Of a stretch of 64,000 nt of DNA, positions 1 to 9,447 are shown one piece after another. How positions within the stretch are numbered: the first letter of the stretch is position 1; each line of letters begins with the position of its first letter. Made by a program: the position numbers and the translations under genes. Source of the stretch: Polyangiaceae bacterium (GTDB taxonomy: Bacteria; Myxococcota_A; Polyangia; Polyangiales; Polyangiaceae); NCBI GenBank assembly GCA_050287085.1, contig JBNKBE010000010.1:64001-128000 (forward strand). Direction: 5' to 3'. A model generated the notes under the pieces. The model did no database searches, was not told where the DNA came from, and saw only the letters and a program-made list of their open reading frames with translations.

Positions 1-85
1 GAGGAGAGCGCTGCGGCGTCACGCGCGCCTTCTGAAGTGCCCTTGTCGACAATCGGCGCGCGGTCACCTTCTTGAGTCGGGCCCG

Positions 86-823
86 CTATCCATGCTCCAC
101 CAGTTGTTCGATGTCTTGGATGGTGTTGCACGATGCGAACTGCTTCTGTTGCAGCACGACGTCGAAGCGTTCTTCGAGCTGTAGCATCACGTTGAGAGCG
201 TTGAGGGACTCCCATTTGGGCAGCTCACTCAGGGGCGTTGCCGGATCTGGGACTTCAGCCATGCCAAGGGTTTCTGCGACCACCCCGGCCACGGTCTGGT
301 CGGCATCGCTGTTGCCGCCGCGAATGCGGGCGGGCACGCCGCCGACCGTTGCGCCCGCGGGCACACGGCCGCTCACAACACTTCCGCTCTCCACCACGGC
401 ACCGTCGCCAATTTCGCTGTCTCGCATGATGGTCACGCGTGTGCCGATAGTGACGTTCTGGCCGATGCGGATAGCCCCTGTTGCTCCAGCTGAGCCGCGG
501 CGTCCCGCGACGTGAAAGTCGCTATCGTGGATGACGCAGAAGGGGCCGATGCGGGTGCCACTGCCCACAACGACTTCTTGCTTGCAAGAGATAGCGGCGC
601 CGTAGGAGATCTTCACATCGTCGCCAAATGTCGCGGCAGCGTTGGGGCCCGTCACGATGTGCGATTCCGCTGGGCTAGAGCCGAGAAAGAAATCCGCACC
701 AATCGTCAGTGAACCCGCATTGATGATTCGAGCCGAACCGCGCACCACCGCTCGTGGACCGACCCGATCGGCCTGCTGAAGCATGCGTTCGATGCTATTC
801 GTTGAACGGCTGAAGTCAGGCAT
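86..823 (-). CDS. Hexapeptide-repeat (LbH) acyltransferase fused to a C-terminal acyl carrier protein domain
   Basis: [15 protein letters not shown] repeats and GGVPAR end of LbH domain; C-terminal ~70 aa with WESL...LEERFDV ACP signature; overlaps the FkbH gene stop. Confidence 0.85.
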   Translation of the reverse strand: MPDFSRSTNSIERMLQQADRVGPRAVVRGSARIINAGSLTIGADFFLGSSPAESHIVTGPNAAATFGDDVKISYGAAISCKQEVVVGSGTRIGPFCVIHDSDFHVAGRRGSAGATGAIRIGQNVTIGTRVTIMRDSEIGDGAVVESGSVVSGRVPAGATVGGVPARIRGGNSDADQTVAGVVAETLGMAEVPDPATPLSELPKWESLNALNVMLQLEERFDVVLQQKQFASCNTIQDIEQLVEHG

Positions 824-3158
824 GCGCAGCCCACTCTACGGTAACAGCGTCGGGACGCTCATATTCGGCTTCATTGATATTCCAGCGGAAGGTGACGTCG
901 TCGCTCGTTGCAAGACCGGAACGCTTGAAGAACCCGAGACAAGGCATATTCTTCTTGGTAGCGGCGTACTCCGCTAGCAGGCGTGAGGCACCCATATCAC
1001 GCGCCACACAAGTGGCGACGTGCAGCAGTGTTTCCTCCACCTTTCGGCCCATGACGCGACAACTGAGGACGTAGTCCGTCAGCGTTGCTTCTTCGCCATT
1101 GCAGGTCATTCCGATGAGACCGGTGAGGCCGGAATCTCCAAATTTATCAGATACCGAGAATGTCAGAAAAACGTTGGCGGGCTCAGCGGCCCAGGTAACC
1201 AGTTCACTCTCCGTCATTCTACGAGTGCGGAGGTTCATCTGGTTGGTCTTGTTGAGCAGCTGTGCGGCTCGTGCTGTATTCGATGGGTTGAGCCGCTCCA
1301 CGCGGACCTTGATGCCCAAGGTTGCGAGCCAATCGTCCAGGGAGCCCACCGCACTCTGCGACTCCTCACGCATCCGCTCCTGGCGGTAGAGTTCGGTGCG
1401 TTCGGCGTCTTCACGACTCAAGCTGCTAGCATCGAAGCAGGTGAGGCGAGCAAAGGCGCGCGGGTACTCCACTTGGTCTTTGGGCCAGTCGGGCACGTAG
1501 ACCTCCGGAAGTGCTTCGCGAACGCGGCCTCGTTCAACGGGGTTGTCGTCGATGAACACGACCGACTGCAATCCGAGGTTCAGTTCTTTAGTGAGCTCGG
1601 CGATGTTTCGGGCTTTGTCTTGCCAGTTGATGCGCCAGCCGACGAAGTCCGCTTCGCGTAGCACCATCTCGGGATGATTGCCGATCGCTTCGAGCGCGAC
1701 GGACTCTTCGTTCTTGCTTACGATGGCGAGCAATACTCCTCGTGCCTTCAGGCGACGGATTGCCTTTTGGAATGCCACCAGTGCTTCACCGACGGCGTCG
1801 TGGCCTCCGAGCTGTAGGTTTTCCCAGCCGAGATCACCGACGATGCCTCCCCACAACGTGTCGTCAAGATCGAGCACGAGCAGCTTCTTACTTTGACCGC
1901 CAACGGCCGCCATCGCGGCGCGAATGTCACTTGCGGCAGCTTGAAGAACCTTCGGCGGAAACGCGATCTTGCCTAGAAACCAAGGTCGTGGGCTGCCCTC
2001 ACCACCGACGCTCTGCCACCGCGATGCGTCGAGCACGAAGGCGTTGGGCACGTCTTCGAGGTTGCTCATCAGCCGTTCGTTCAATCGCGCAAGGACGCGG
2101 GCGTGGCCCCCCTTCTTGAGGTTGAGCACGCCCAGTCCGCGCTCCCAGGGCGGTAGAGTCCAAGTTGCGACCAATACAGCCTTGTAGCCCTCACAGGCTT
2201 TGCGGATGAGCGCGCAGAAGTCGTCCACCTCTTGTTCTAGCGTCGACGGCTGCTTCAGCTCAAGCTGCTCTAGCCAGGACGGCAAGGCACTTTCCGGACG
2301 CGTCCAGACGAGCGCGAAATCCTTCCAGGGCGCGGTCGGGGGCGTCAGCAAGGTTTGCGCAACCTGCCCAAACGGTGCGATCTGTGTCCCTAGAGCTGGG
2401 CCAGAGATGTTCGCTGAAAGCAGCGGTTGGGCGAGCTCGTCGATCGTCCAGTCGGCGATCAACACACCCGAGAAGTCTGGTACCACATCTGGAGCTGGTT
2501 CCGAGCGGACCACGGGAGCGGGAGCCGTTGCCTCCTCGAGCGTCGCTCCCAGCTCTTCGGCTTCACCCACCGGTTTGAGCACGCGCGCGGGGATACCCCC
2601 CGCGAGCATGCGCGGCGGGATGTCTTCAGTGACGATGCTGCCGGCGGCGATGACCGCGCCGTCACCGATCGTAACTCCCGGCATGACGGTGACGCGGCCT
2701 GCGATCCACACGTCGTCGCCGATCACGATGGGAGCGCCTTCCGTACCCTCCCACGTTGCTGACTCGGGCACGGGGGTATCGGACACGATCGAATGCTGTC
2801 CGATCATCACTCGGTGGCCGATCTGAACGCGCTTAGCCGCAGCCAGCACCACTCCAAAGTTGAGCCACGTGTCGTCGCCCACCGAGAGCGAGCCCCGCTG
2901 ACCCACGAGGATTTCTACGGGCAGCGAAGTCCCGCGGACGTAGAAGCCCGAGCCAAAGCGAGCGCTTCCTTGCACGTCCAATTCGAGGTCTCCTGCCAGG
3001 CGAGCTCCGGCTCCTACGTCGTAGTTTCGCAGGGCGGTCTTGGCGCGCACCGTCTCGCTGAGCAGGGTGACGCCCTTGGACACACGCTCGTTGACGCTGA
3101 GATGCGAATCTCGTTCGAGCCCCCGAGTCACCTTCGCCCAAAGTCCTCGATCCGTCAT
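816..3158 (-). CDS. LbH acyltransferase fused to FkbH-like HAD-IIIC glyceryl transferase/phosphatase
   Basis: N-terminal hexapeptide repeats (IGDDVWI, IGDGAVI); FkbH motifs [41 protein letters not shown]. Confidence 0.92.
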   Translation of the reverse strand: MTDRGLWAKVTRGLERDSHLSVNERVSKGVTLLSETVRAKTALRNYDVGAGARLAGDLELDVQGSARFGSGFYVRGTSLPVEILVGQRGSLSVGDDTWLNFGVVLAAAKRVQIGHRVMIGQHSIVSDTPVPESATWEGTEGAPIVIGDDVWIAGRVTVMPGVTIGDGAVIAAGSIVTEDIPPRMLAGGIPARVLKPVGEAEELGATLEEATAPAPVVRSEPAPDVVPDFSGVLIADWTIDELAQPLLSANISGPALGTQIAPFGQVAQTLLTPPTAPWKDFALVWTRPESALPSWLEQLELKQPSTLEQEVDDFCALIRKACEGYKAVLVATWTLPPWERGLGVLNLKKGGHARVLARLNERLMSNLEDVPNAFVLDASRWQSVGGEGSPRPWFLGKIAFPPKVLQAAASDIRAAMAAVGGQSKKLLVLDLDDTLWGGIVGDLGWENLQLGGHDAVGEALVAFQKAIRRLKARGVLLAIVSKNEESVALEAIGNHPEMVLREADFVGWRINWQDKARNIAELTKELNLGLQSVVFIDDNPVERGRVREALPEVYVPDWPKDQVEYPRAFARLTCFDASSLSREDAERTELYRQERMREESQSAVGSLDDWLATLGIKVRVERLNPSNTARAAQLLNKTNQMNLRTRRMTESELVTWAAEPANVFLTFSVSDKFGDSGLTGLIGMTCNGEEATLTDYVLSCRVMGRKVEETLLHVATCVARDMGASRLLAEYAATKKNMPCLGFFKRSGLATSDDVTFRWNINEAEYERPDAVTVEWAAHA

Positions 3159-3326
3159 GGGCTAGGCCTACAACTGCCGGCTATCCCCGGCAATGGCTAT
3201 GTCCATCGCGGGCCGCTACTGGCCAGCCAGAACGGGGCGGCACCGCTCCGATGAGAACGCGTGGCTCGTGGGCCGAGTTCGGGGCTTACAGGAGCTCACA
3301 AGCCCTGCGCTGGCTGAGGTGCGCAA

Positions 3327-4550
3327 CTACGGCGAGGCTGCCAAGCAGGGTATCGGTTGATGCGCGAACGCGAGCGCGTCCAACCAGTACTGCAGCGGGT
3401 CGTCGTTGCTTGGGGCGGAGCCAAAGCCGAGACGCCAGAACGAGCCATCGTAGAAGGGGGACCAGTGCTCTGGGGCGTCCGATTTCCAGGTGGTGTCGTT
3501 GCCGAGCAAGGCTGGAATCTCTACCCCATCGATGGCTACGGAATACTCTTCGTTTGGGTGGCTCGTATCGGCGTCGTCTTGGTGGTCTCCAAAGGCTCGT
3601 ATTTGAACGCAGAACCACTTGCCAGCGGAAAGCGAATCACGGGCCTCGAACCACTGAAGACCGCGGTCCAAGCCGCGCGAGAATGCGTTGGTCGAAAGCT
3701 CGCCATGGATGGTCCCGAACGCGACCTGATCTCCATAAGGGTCCCACTGGTCTCCACCCCCTACGGTTGTGAGAAAGTAGGGATGGGCACCAGGAAATGT
3801 AAAATCCTGCAAGCGCATGTAGAAGCGAACGTAGATTTCGTCGTCTGGCGCTGGAAGCGGCTCTTTGAGCTGGATTGTCGTCGGGGGCTCTGAGCCGTAT
3901 TCTCCACCCCACTGCAACAACAGGGACGACTTGCCTTCGATGGCGTTCTGGTCATCGATCACGAAGTGGTCCGATTGGGTATCGGCTTCCTTGCCTCGAT
4001 TTCGAGCCCAATAATCCAGTATATCCCATTGCGCGACGTCGACCTCGTCACCCTCGAAGCCGTCACAGAAGAATGCATACTCTGGACAGGCGATGTCTGT
4101 TCCGTCGGTGGTTGGACTGCCGCCGGGGGTGTTGTCGTCGGGCTTGTTGTCGTCGGGCTGTGTGGGGGGGTCGTCGTCCGGGGTCACGCCGGCTTCGTCC
4201 GAAGGCATCTCGCCGCCAGCCGTGTCATCGGCGTCGCCGCTGGCCCCCCCTTTTGCGTCGGGCTCCCCCCCGCCCGCAGCGCCCGCATTGTTCTTGGGGG
4301 CGCCCCCGTCGCGGGAGCTACCGTGGTCCACCGCGGGACTGCTTTGCCCGCTCGTGTCGCTATCATCGGCAGCCTCAAGACTGCCAGATTTGCAACCAAG
4401 CGCTGCGCTGAGAACGACAAGCGCTGCGCCGAGAACGACAGGCGCTGCGCTGGGAACGACAGGCGCTGCGCTGGGAACGACAGGCGCTGCGCTGGGAACG
4501 ACAGGCACTGCGCTGGGAACGCGGAGTGGAACGGTGCGTCGCAACTTCAT
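3327..4550 (-). CDS. Lipoprotein with acidic linker and C-terminal beta-sandwich (possibly polysaccharide-lyase/Cip1-like) domain
   Basis: Lipobox ALGC; D/G/P-rich linker; FFCDGFE, IYVRFY, GKWFCVQ motifs; domain identity is tentative. Confidence 0.6.
   Translation of the reverse strand: MKLRRTVPLRVPSAVPVVPSAAPVVPSAAPVVPSAAPVVLGAALVVLSAALGCKSGSLEAADDSDTSGQSSPAVDHGSSRDGGAPKNNAGAAGGGEPDAKGGASGDADDTAGGEMPSDEAGVTPDDDPPTQPDDNKPDDNTPGGSPTTDGTDIACPEYAFFCDGFEGDEVDVAQWDILDYWARNRGKEADTQSDHFVIDDQNAIEGKSSLLLQWGGEYGSEPPTTIQLKEPLPAPDDEIYVRFYMRLQDFTFPGAHPYFLTTVGGGDQWDPYGDQVAFGTIHGELSTNAFSRGLDRGLQWFEARDSLSAGKWFCVQIRAFGDHQDDADTSHPNEEYSVAIDGVEIPALLGNDTTWKSDAPEHWSPFYDGSFWRLGFGSAPSNDDPLQYWLDALAFAHQPIPCLAASP
4400..4521. 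repeat. 21-bp tandem repeat, about 5.8 copies, in frame within a signal-peptide coding region
   Basis: Unit GCGCTGCGCTGGGAACGACAG at 4400, 4421, 4442, 4463, 4484, 4505 (partial). Confidence 0.95.
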
Positions 4551-4691
4551 GAGCTCGATGAGGTATAGCTGAGAAATGCCGACTGCGCTCGCAGGGTCGT
4601 TGGCTGAGGGCGGCGCTCTGCTTCTGTACTCGCGCGTCCACCTCGCGGCGGTCTCGACCGGATCGCGACGGACTTGCCCATCCGTGGGCCT

Positions 4692-5987
4692 CTAGCGGTC
4701 GTACTTGCTGATCGCGTAGTCCAGCACCTTGTTGCCGCAGTCGAAGGTCGAGATCAAGAAGGTGTCGCGACCTGGTGCGTAGCTGAAGTAGCGAGGATTG
4801 AACGGAAATGGCGGTGTGAGTAGGATCCAATCCCCGCTTTCGTCCACGACGGCAACGCCTTCAGAAGTGGCCGCCGCAGGTCGTCCTTCTTTGAGCATGA
4901 CAATCGGCGCCTGGAGCACCCAGCCGGCGTTGGGGGCGAGGGTATCCCAGGTTTCACCGTCGTCATCGCTGCGCAATACCGTCTTGTTGCGGGCACCCCA
5001 CCACAAGGTGCCACTGTCGTCGCGGATCGGTCTGCCATAGGGAGACACATCGCTCACCTCCGTCCAGGACTCGCCGGCGTCCGTGCTGCGCAGGACGGCA
5101 CCGGCTCCCTGGTAGTCTTGGGCGCCTAGCAGGTAGGTTTCCGCGTCGATGATGAAAGGCATTGCAGAGGCGCCATATTCCGCAGGGATGCGGTCGCCGA
5201 TCGCCTCCCAAGTTTCACCACCGTCGGTGGTGCGCCACAACGCACGCGGCGTTTCGTGGCCCCCGGCGAGGATCGTCTGCCGCTCTGGGTCGGAGAAGTC
5301 TATGCTGATGAAATCATTGTGCTTGACGCTTCCCGTCCGCTGAAAGGTGTCACCGTCGTCCGTGCTCTGGTAGACGCCCTGGTCCCCATAGATTCCGTTT
5401 AGCCAGAAGGTGGACGGCTCATCTGGGTCGAACGTGAGCGCGTTGGGACGGTGTGTCACCATGTCGCCGCTGGCGCCCTGTCCTAATTGCGTCCAGCTCT
5501 CGCCGCCGTCCCGGCTCTCCCATAGGCCGTGCAGTGCGACTCCAGCAAAGAGGCGGTCTTCCCAGGGGCTGCCATCCACGAAGGTCAGGTTGCCGCACTC
5601 CGACTGCATCCCCGCTAGATTGCTCGTGACGTTCATCCATTCGCTGGTGACTGCGTCGTCGATTGGGACGTCGTCCGGCGTGCTGTTGTCGGAACCCGCG
5701 TCGCTGCCGGAGCTACCGTCGCTATCGGAATTGCCCTTGCCGCCGGAGCTACCATCGTTGCCGGAATCAGCGTCACTATCTGAGCCATGGTCGTCCGCTG
5801 TACTCCTGGGGCTATCGGAACCAGCGTCACCGACTGACTTGTCCTTGCCGCTTGATTCATCGTCGTCCGCGGAATTCGGTTTGCGGCTTCCCGCGTCGGT
5901 ATCGGTGCTCGACTCGTCCTTTGCGTCGCTGCAGCCCAGCGTCCACGGCAGTAGGCTCGCGGCCAGTATCAATGCTACCTTCATCAT
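4692..5987 (-). CDS. BNR/Asp-box beta-propeller lipoprotein
   Basis: Lipobox TLGC; S/D/G linker; Asp-boxes SRDGGESW, STDDGDTF, TTDGGETW, STDAGESW, SDDDGETW. Confidence 0.85.
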   Translation of the reverse strand: MMKVALILAASLLPWTLGCSDAKDESSTDTDAGSRKPNSADDDESSGKDKSVGDAGSDSPRSTADDHGSDSDADSGNDGSSGGKGNSDSDGSSGSDAGSDNSTPDDVPIDDAVTSEWMNVTSNLAGMQSECGNLTFVDGSPWEDRLFAGVALHGLWESRDGGESWTQLGQGASGDMVTHRPNALTFDPDEPSTFWLNGIYGDQGVYQSTDDGDTFQRTGSVKHNDFISIDFSDPERQTILAGGHETPRALWRTTDGGETWEAIGDRIPAEYGASAMPFIIDAETYLLGAQDYQGAGAVLRSTDAGESWTEVSDVSPYGRPIRDDSGTLWWGARNKTVLRSDDDGETWDTLAPNAGWVLQAPIVMLKEGRPAAATSEGVAVVDESGDWILLTPPFPFNPRYFSYAPGRDTFLISTFDCGNKVLDYAISKYDR

Positions 5988-6085
5988 GTTCTCCTGAAGC
6001 TTGGATGGTCGATTCCGAAATCCAGTGCTCGGGTGGGCCTCTCATGTCTACCCAAGGCCGATACTGCCCGAGCTCGTGTTTCGGC

Positions 6086-7216
6086 TTAACGATCGTAGAT
6101 CGCGATCGCGTCGTCGAGGACCTTCATTCCGCAGTCGAAATGCGACACGAGGAACGCGTCGCGGATTTCTGAATAGCGGAGATCGGACGGCTGAAATGGA
6201 AACTTGGGCGTGACGAGCGTCCAGGTCTCGCGGTCCGCATCCAGGAGTGCAACGCCCATGTTGGTCGCGACTCCTATTTGGTCCTCAACAAGGACGAGTC
6301 CGCGACCCAATACCCGGAGGTCGTCGGGGGGCTCGATCACATCCCAGGTGGCTCCATTATCGCCGCTGCGATAGAGCGCGGCCTGCCCGCTCCACCACAG
6401 ATCCCCCTGAAGATCGCGAATCGGACGACCGAGGGCGGGTGGCAGATCCAAGACGCGCTTCCATTTCAAGCCCCCGTTTTCACTGCGCAGAATGGCGCCT
6501 TCACCTTTCCACTCGTAGGCGCCCAGCAATACGACGTCCTTGTCGATGAGGAAAGGCACGGAGGAAGCCCCATAGGTGTCGGGGATTTTTTCACCCATCG
6601 TTTCCCATGTCTCCCCACCATCGAGGGTACGCCACAAGGCCTGAGGGGTCTCGTGGCCACCGGCAAAGATCAGCTGGCGGTCCGGGTCGGAGAAGTCTAC
6701 GGCGATGTAGTCATTGTGGCGAATATCACCGCGCCCGATGAACGTCTTGCCATCGTCTCGTGTCTCGTACACGCCGAGGCGTCCGTAGATGCCGTTGACC
6801 CAGAATGTCTTGTGGTCGTCGGGGTCAAAGGTCAGTGCGCTGGGGCGGAGTTCGATCGGCTCAGAGTTGCTGCCTTGGCCGAGTTGTTCCCAGGACTCGC
6901 CCCCGTCGGAGCTTTCCCAAAGACCGTGCAGTGCAACTCCAGCAAAGAGCCGATCCTCCCAAGGACTCGCGTCCACCAGCGTGAGATTGCCGCATTCGGA
7001 ATCCATACCCGCGAGGTTGCTCGTGATGTTGCGCCACTCGCTATCGAATGTCGCTTCTGCGGTGGGAGGCTCCTTGGAAGGCGTGCGGCCGGGAACGTCT
7101 CGAGTTCCAGCGCCCGCGCCGCCAAAGTCGTCGGGAACTGTCGTTTGCAGGCAACCGCTTGCCGACCCAAGTGCCCCTACCAGCCCGAAGAAGGACAATT
7201 TGCCAAGTACCCGCAT
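6086..7216 (-). CDS. BNR/Asp-box beta-propeller lipoprotein, paralog of 4692-5987
   Basis: Lipobox ASGC; shares SNLAGMxSECGNLT, SPWEDRLFAGVALHGLWES, AGGHETP and C-terminal FDCG...YDR with neighbour; start set at ATG 7216. Confidence 0.85.
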   Translation of the reverse strand: MRVLGKLSFFGLVGALGSASGCLQTTVPDDFGGAGAGTRDVPGRTPSKEPPTAEATFDSEWRNITSNLAGMDSECGNLTLVDASPWEDRLFAGVALHGLWESSDGGESWEQLGQGSNSEPIELRPSALTFDPDDHKTFWVNGIYGRLGVYETRDDGKTFIGRGDIRHNDYIAVDFSDPDRQLIFAGGHETPQALWRTLDGGETWETMGEKIPDTYGASSVPFLIDKDVVLLGAYEWKGEGAILRSENGGLKWKRVLDLPPALGRPIRDLQGDLWWSGQAALYRSGDNGATWDVIEPPDDLRVLGRGLVLVEDQIGVATNMGVALLDADRETWTLVTPKFPFQPSDLRYSEIRDAFLVSHFDCGMKVLDDAIAIYDR

Positions 7217-7262
7217 CGCTGTCGCGAGTATACCTGTGGGACGGTGCGGGGCAAAGCCGTGC

Positions 7263-7306
7263 GGGAGCACAGCGGTCCGGGGGCACAGCGGTCCGGGAGC
7301 ACAGCG
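7263..7306. repeat. 16-bp tandem repeat, about 2.7 copies
   Basis: GGGAGCACAGCGGTCC / GGGGGCACAGCGGTCC / GGGAGCACAGCG. Confidence 0.85.
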
Positions 7307-7641
7307 CGACGCGATGTACGCCCATCTCCTCCAAGTGGGCGGATGTCTTCACGCGTCGCGCGCAGTGCGCATTTCAGATGCGACGGGGCCGGGCCCAGGT
7401 CCACCTAGCCGCCCCGGAGTCAGAGCTCCCTCGGGCTTCGGTCGCATGGTTCCACACCTGGATTTTTTCACACTGGGGCGTCTCCTATACGGTAGGAGTG
7501 GCGCTGCATTTCCCGAAGTGAGAGCAGAATCTACAGAACCGAATTGGGATGTCGTGTAGTGCTTCCGGGTCTCCCGCTCAAGGTGACTGGCGCTACGCCG
7601 TACGGGACGTCATTATAGTGGTTCAACACGGCACTGGCACG

Positions 7642-9435
7642 ATGAGAATGAGAACAGCAAGGACGGCTACTGCGCCATTCGCGGCAGCCACTGCACCAAT
7701 TGTAGACAGCGCTTTGCTACGGGCGCTCCCGGCCATCCTGCTAGCGACGGGCTTTGCGCTGGGTTGTGCTGCTCCGGGCAACGAAACCAAAGCGACGGCT
7801 GCCGGGGCTTCAGAGCGGGACGACGCTGGGGTCGACGACGCCCCGGGGAAGAAGGACGATTCGTCAGACGACGGAGAGCGTCCGCCGAGTCCTACCGGTG
7901 ACGACAAGATGGTGGTGCAGCCGGTAACGTGTGAACTCGGTGAGCTGGTCCGAGCTCGCGTTCGTCGGCTGACGGAGAAAGAGTTCAACAATACGGTTGC
8001 CTACGTATTCGGTCGCGACGACTTGCCGAAGCTCTCGTTTCCGCAAGATCCGATCGCCAATGGGTACGCCAACAAGTCCGAGCAGTTGCGCGTGACCGGG
8101 AGCTTGGCGCAACTGTTGTGGCTCGATACGGAGGGCTTGGCGGACGCTGTCGCGGATGATCTGGTGAAGGCTGCTGGCTGCAACGACGGAGCGGATTGTG
8201 CGCGCAGCATTCTGGAACCCCTGGCGGAGCGGGCGTATCGAGGAAAGTCGAATTCCGAGACGCTTGATGAGTTGGTTTCGGTCGCACAAGACACCGCTGA
8301 GGGGCTTTCGTTTGAGGATGGTATCAAGAACGCATTGCGAGTGCTCTTGCAATCCTCCGAGTTCATCTACAATACGGAACTTGGTGCTCCGGATAGCAGT
8401 GCTCCGGATAAGGCTGGGACGGGCGTCAAGTTAACTCCGGGGGAGATCGCCTCGCAGCTCTCTTACCTGGTGACCGGTGGTCCTCCCGACACGGAGCTGC
8501 TGCAGTTGGCGAACGACTCGAAAGCACTCTTCGATCCTGATACGCGTGAGATCCAGGTGCGCCGACTGTTGCAGGAACCTGGCGCGCGAGAGCGCATTGG
8601 TGACTTTGCCGAGCAGTGGATGGAGTTGTTAGCTCTGCCCAAGAAGGCAAAGGACGTCCAGGGCGACAAGGACTGGAGCAAGGTGCTGCCGGACGCATTG
8701 CAGGAAATGCGTACAACCGTCGCGGACGCGGTGCTGAGCGACGGTGCGTCGCTGGCCGACCTCTTCCTCTTCGATCGTTCCCGCGGCACGGCGGCGTTGG
8801 CGGAGTATTATGACGCGACAATCGAGGATGGCTGGATCGAGCTGCCCGAGGAGCGTCGTGGCTTTTTGACACTCGGTGCTTTTCTTGCCGACAACGGCCA
8901 GGCCATCTACGGCTCACCGGTGAAGCGGGGTCATTTCGTTCGGGTCCGCTTGTTGTGCCAAGACGTGCCGCCTCCACCGGCAGATCTCATTGTCAATCCC
9001 CCAGCAGAGGACCCGACGCAAAGCGCCCGGGACAGATTCGTCGACCACTCCACCGACAAGAACTGCTGGGGTTGTCACGTTCTTATCGATCCGATTGGGT
9101 ACGCCTTTTCCAATTTCGACGGTGCGGGGCGCAGGCTGACCGACGACAACGGCCACACCGTGGATACCAGCGGTGACCTTGCGCTCAGCGACGTGGACGG
9201 TGCCTTGAAGGACGCGGTCGATCTGAGCGAGAAGCTTTCCCGAAGTCAGCAGGCACGCGAGTGCTTCGCTGGACACCTCATGGAGTTCTCGGCGGCCGCC
9301 ACAGTGCAGAAGGGGTCCCGCTGCGCCGTGGACGAGGTCGCTTCCGAGTTTGTCGCAGGGAAGGCCAATATTGAAGACTTGCTGGTTGCGTTGACTCGCT
9401 CGGAGTTGATGACCAACCGTGCGCCGCAGCAGTAG
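7642..9435 (+). CDS. DUF1592/DUF1588-family lipoprotein with c-type heme motif
   Basis: VRRLTEKEFNNTV, EIASQLSY, SPVKRG..VRVRLLCQDVPPPP, CWGCH, IDPIGYAFSNFD; lipobox ALGC; start uncertain. Confidence 0.9.
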   Translation: MRMRTARTATAPFAAATAPIVDSALLRALPAILLATGFALGCAAPGNETKATAAGASERDDAGVDDAPGKKDDSSDDGERPPSPTGDDKMVVQPVTCELGELVRARVRRLTEKEFNNTVAYVFGRDDLPKLSFPQDPIANGYANKSEQLRVTGSLAQLLWLDTEGLADAVADDLVKAAGCNDGADCARSILEPLAERAYRGKSNSETLDELVSVAQDTAEGLSFEDGIKNALRVLLQSSEFIYNTELGAPDSSAPDKAGTGVKLTPGEIASQLSYLVTGGPPDTELLQLANDSKALFDPDTREIQVRRLLQEPGARERIGDFAEQWMELLALPKKAKDVQGDKDWSKVLPDALQEMRTTVADAVLSDGASLADLFLFDRSRGTAALAEYYDATIEDGWIELPEERRGFLTLGAFLADNGQAIYGSPVKRGHFVRVRLLCQDVPPPPADLIVNPPAEDPTQSARDRFVDHSTDKNCWGCHVLIDPIGYAFSNFDGAGRRLTDDNGHTVDTSGDLALSDVDGALKDAVDLSEKLSRSQQARECFAGHLMEFSAAATVQKGSRCAVDEVASEFVAGKANIEDLLVALTRSELMTNRAPQQ

Positions 9436-9447
9436 AGGAGATACCCC

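Noticed and set aside
4400..4521. CRISPR array
   Set aside because: Contiguous in-frame coding repeat without spacers
6278..7559. Long plus-strand ORFs 6278-7408 and 6789-7559
   Set aside because: Antisense shadows of the Asp-box lipoprotein, expected in GC-rich DNA
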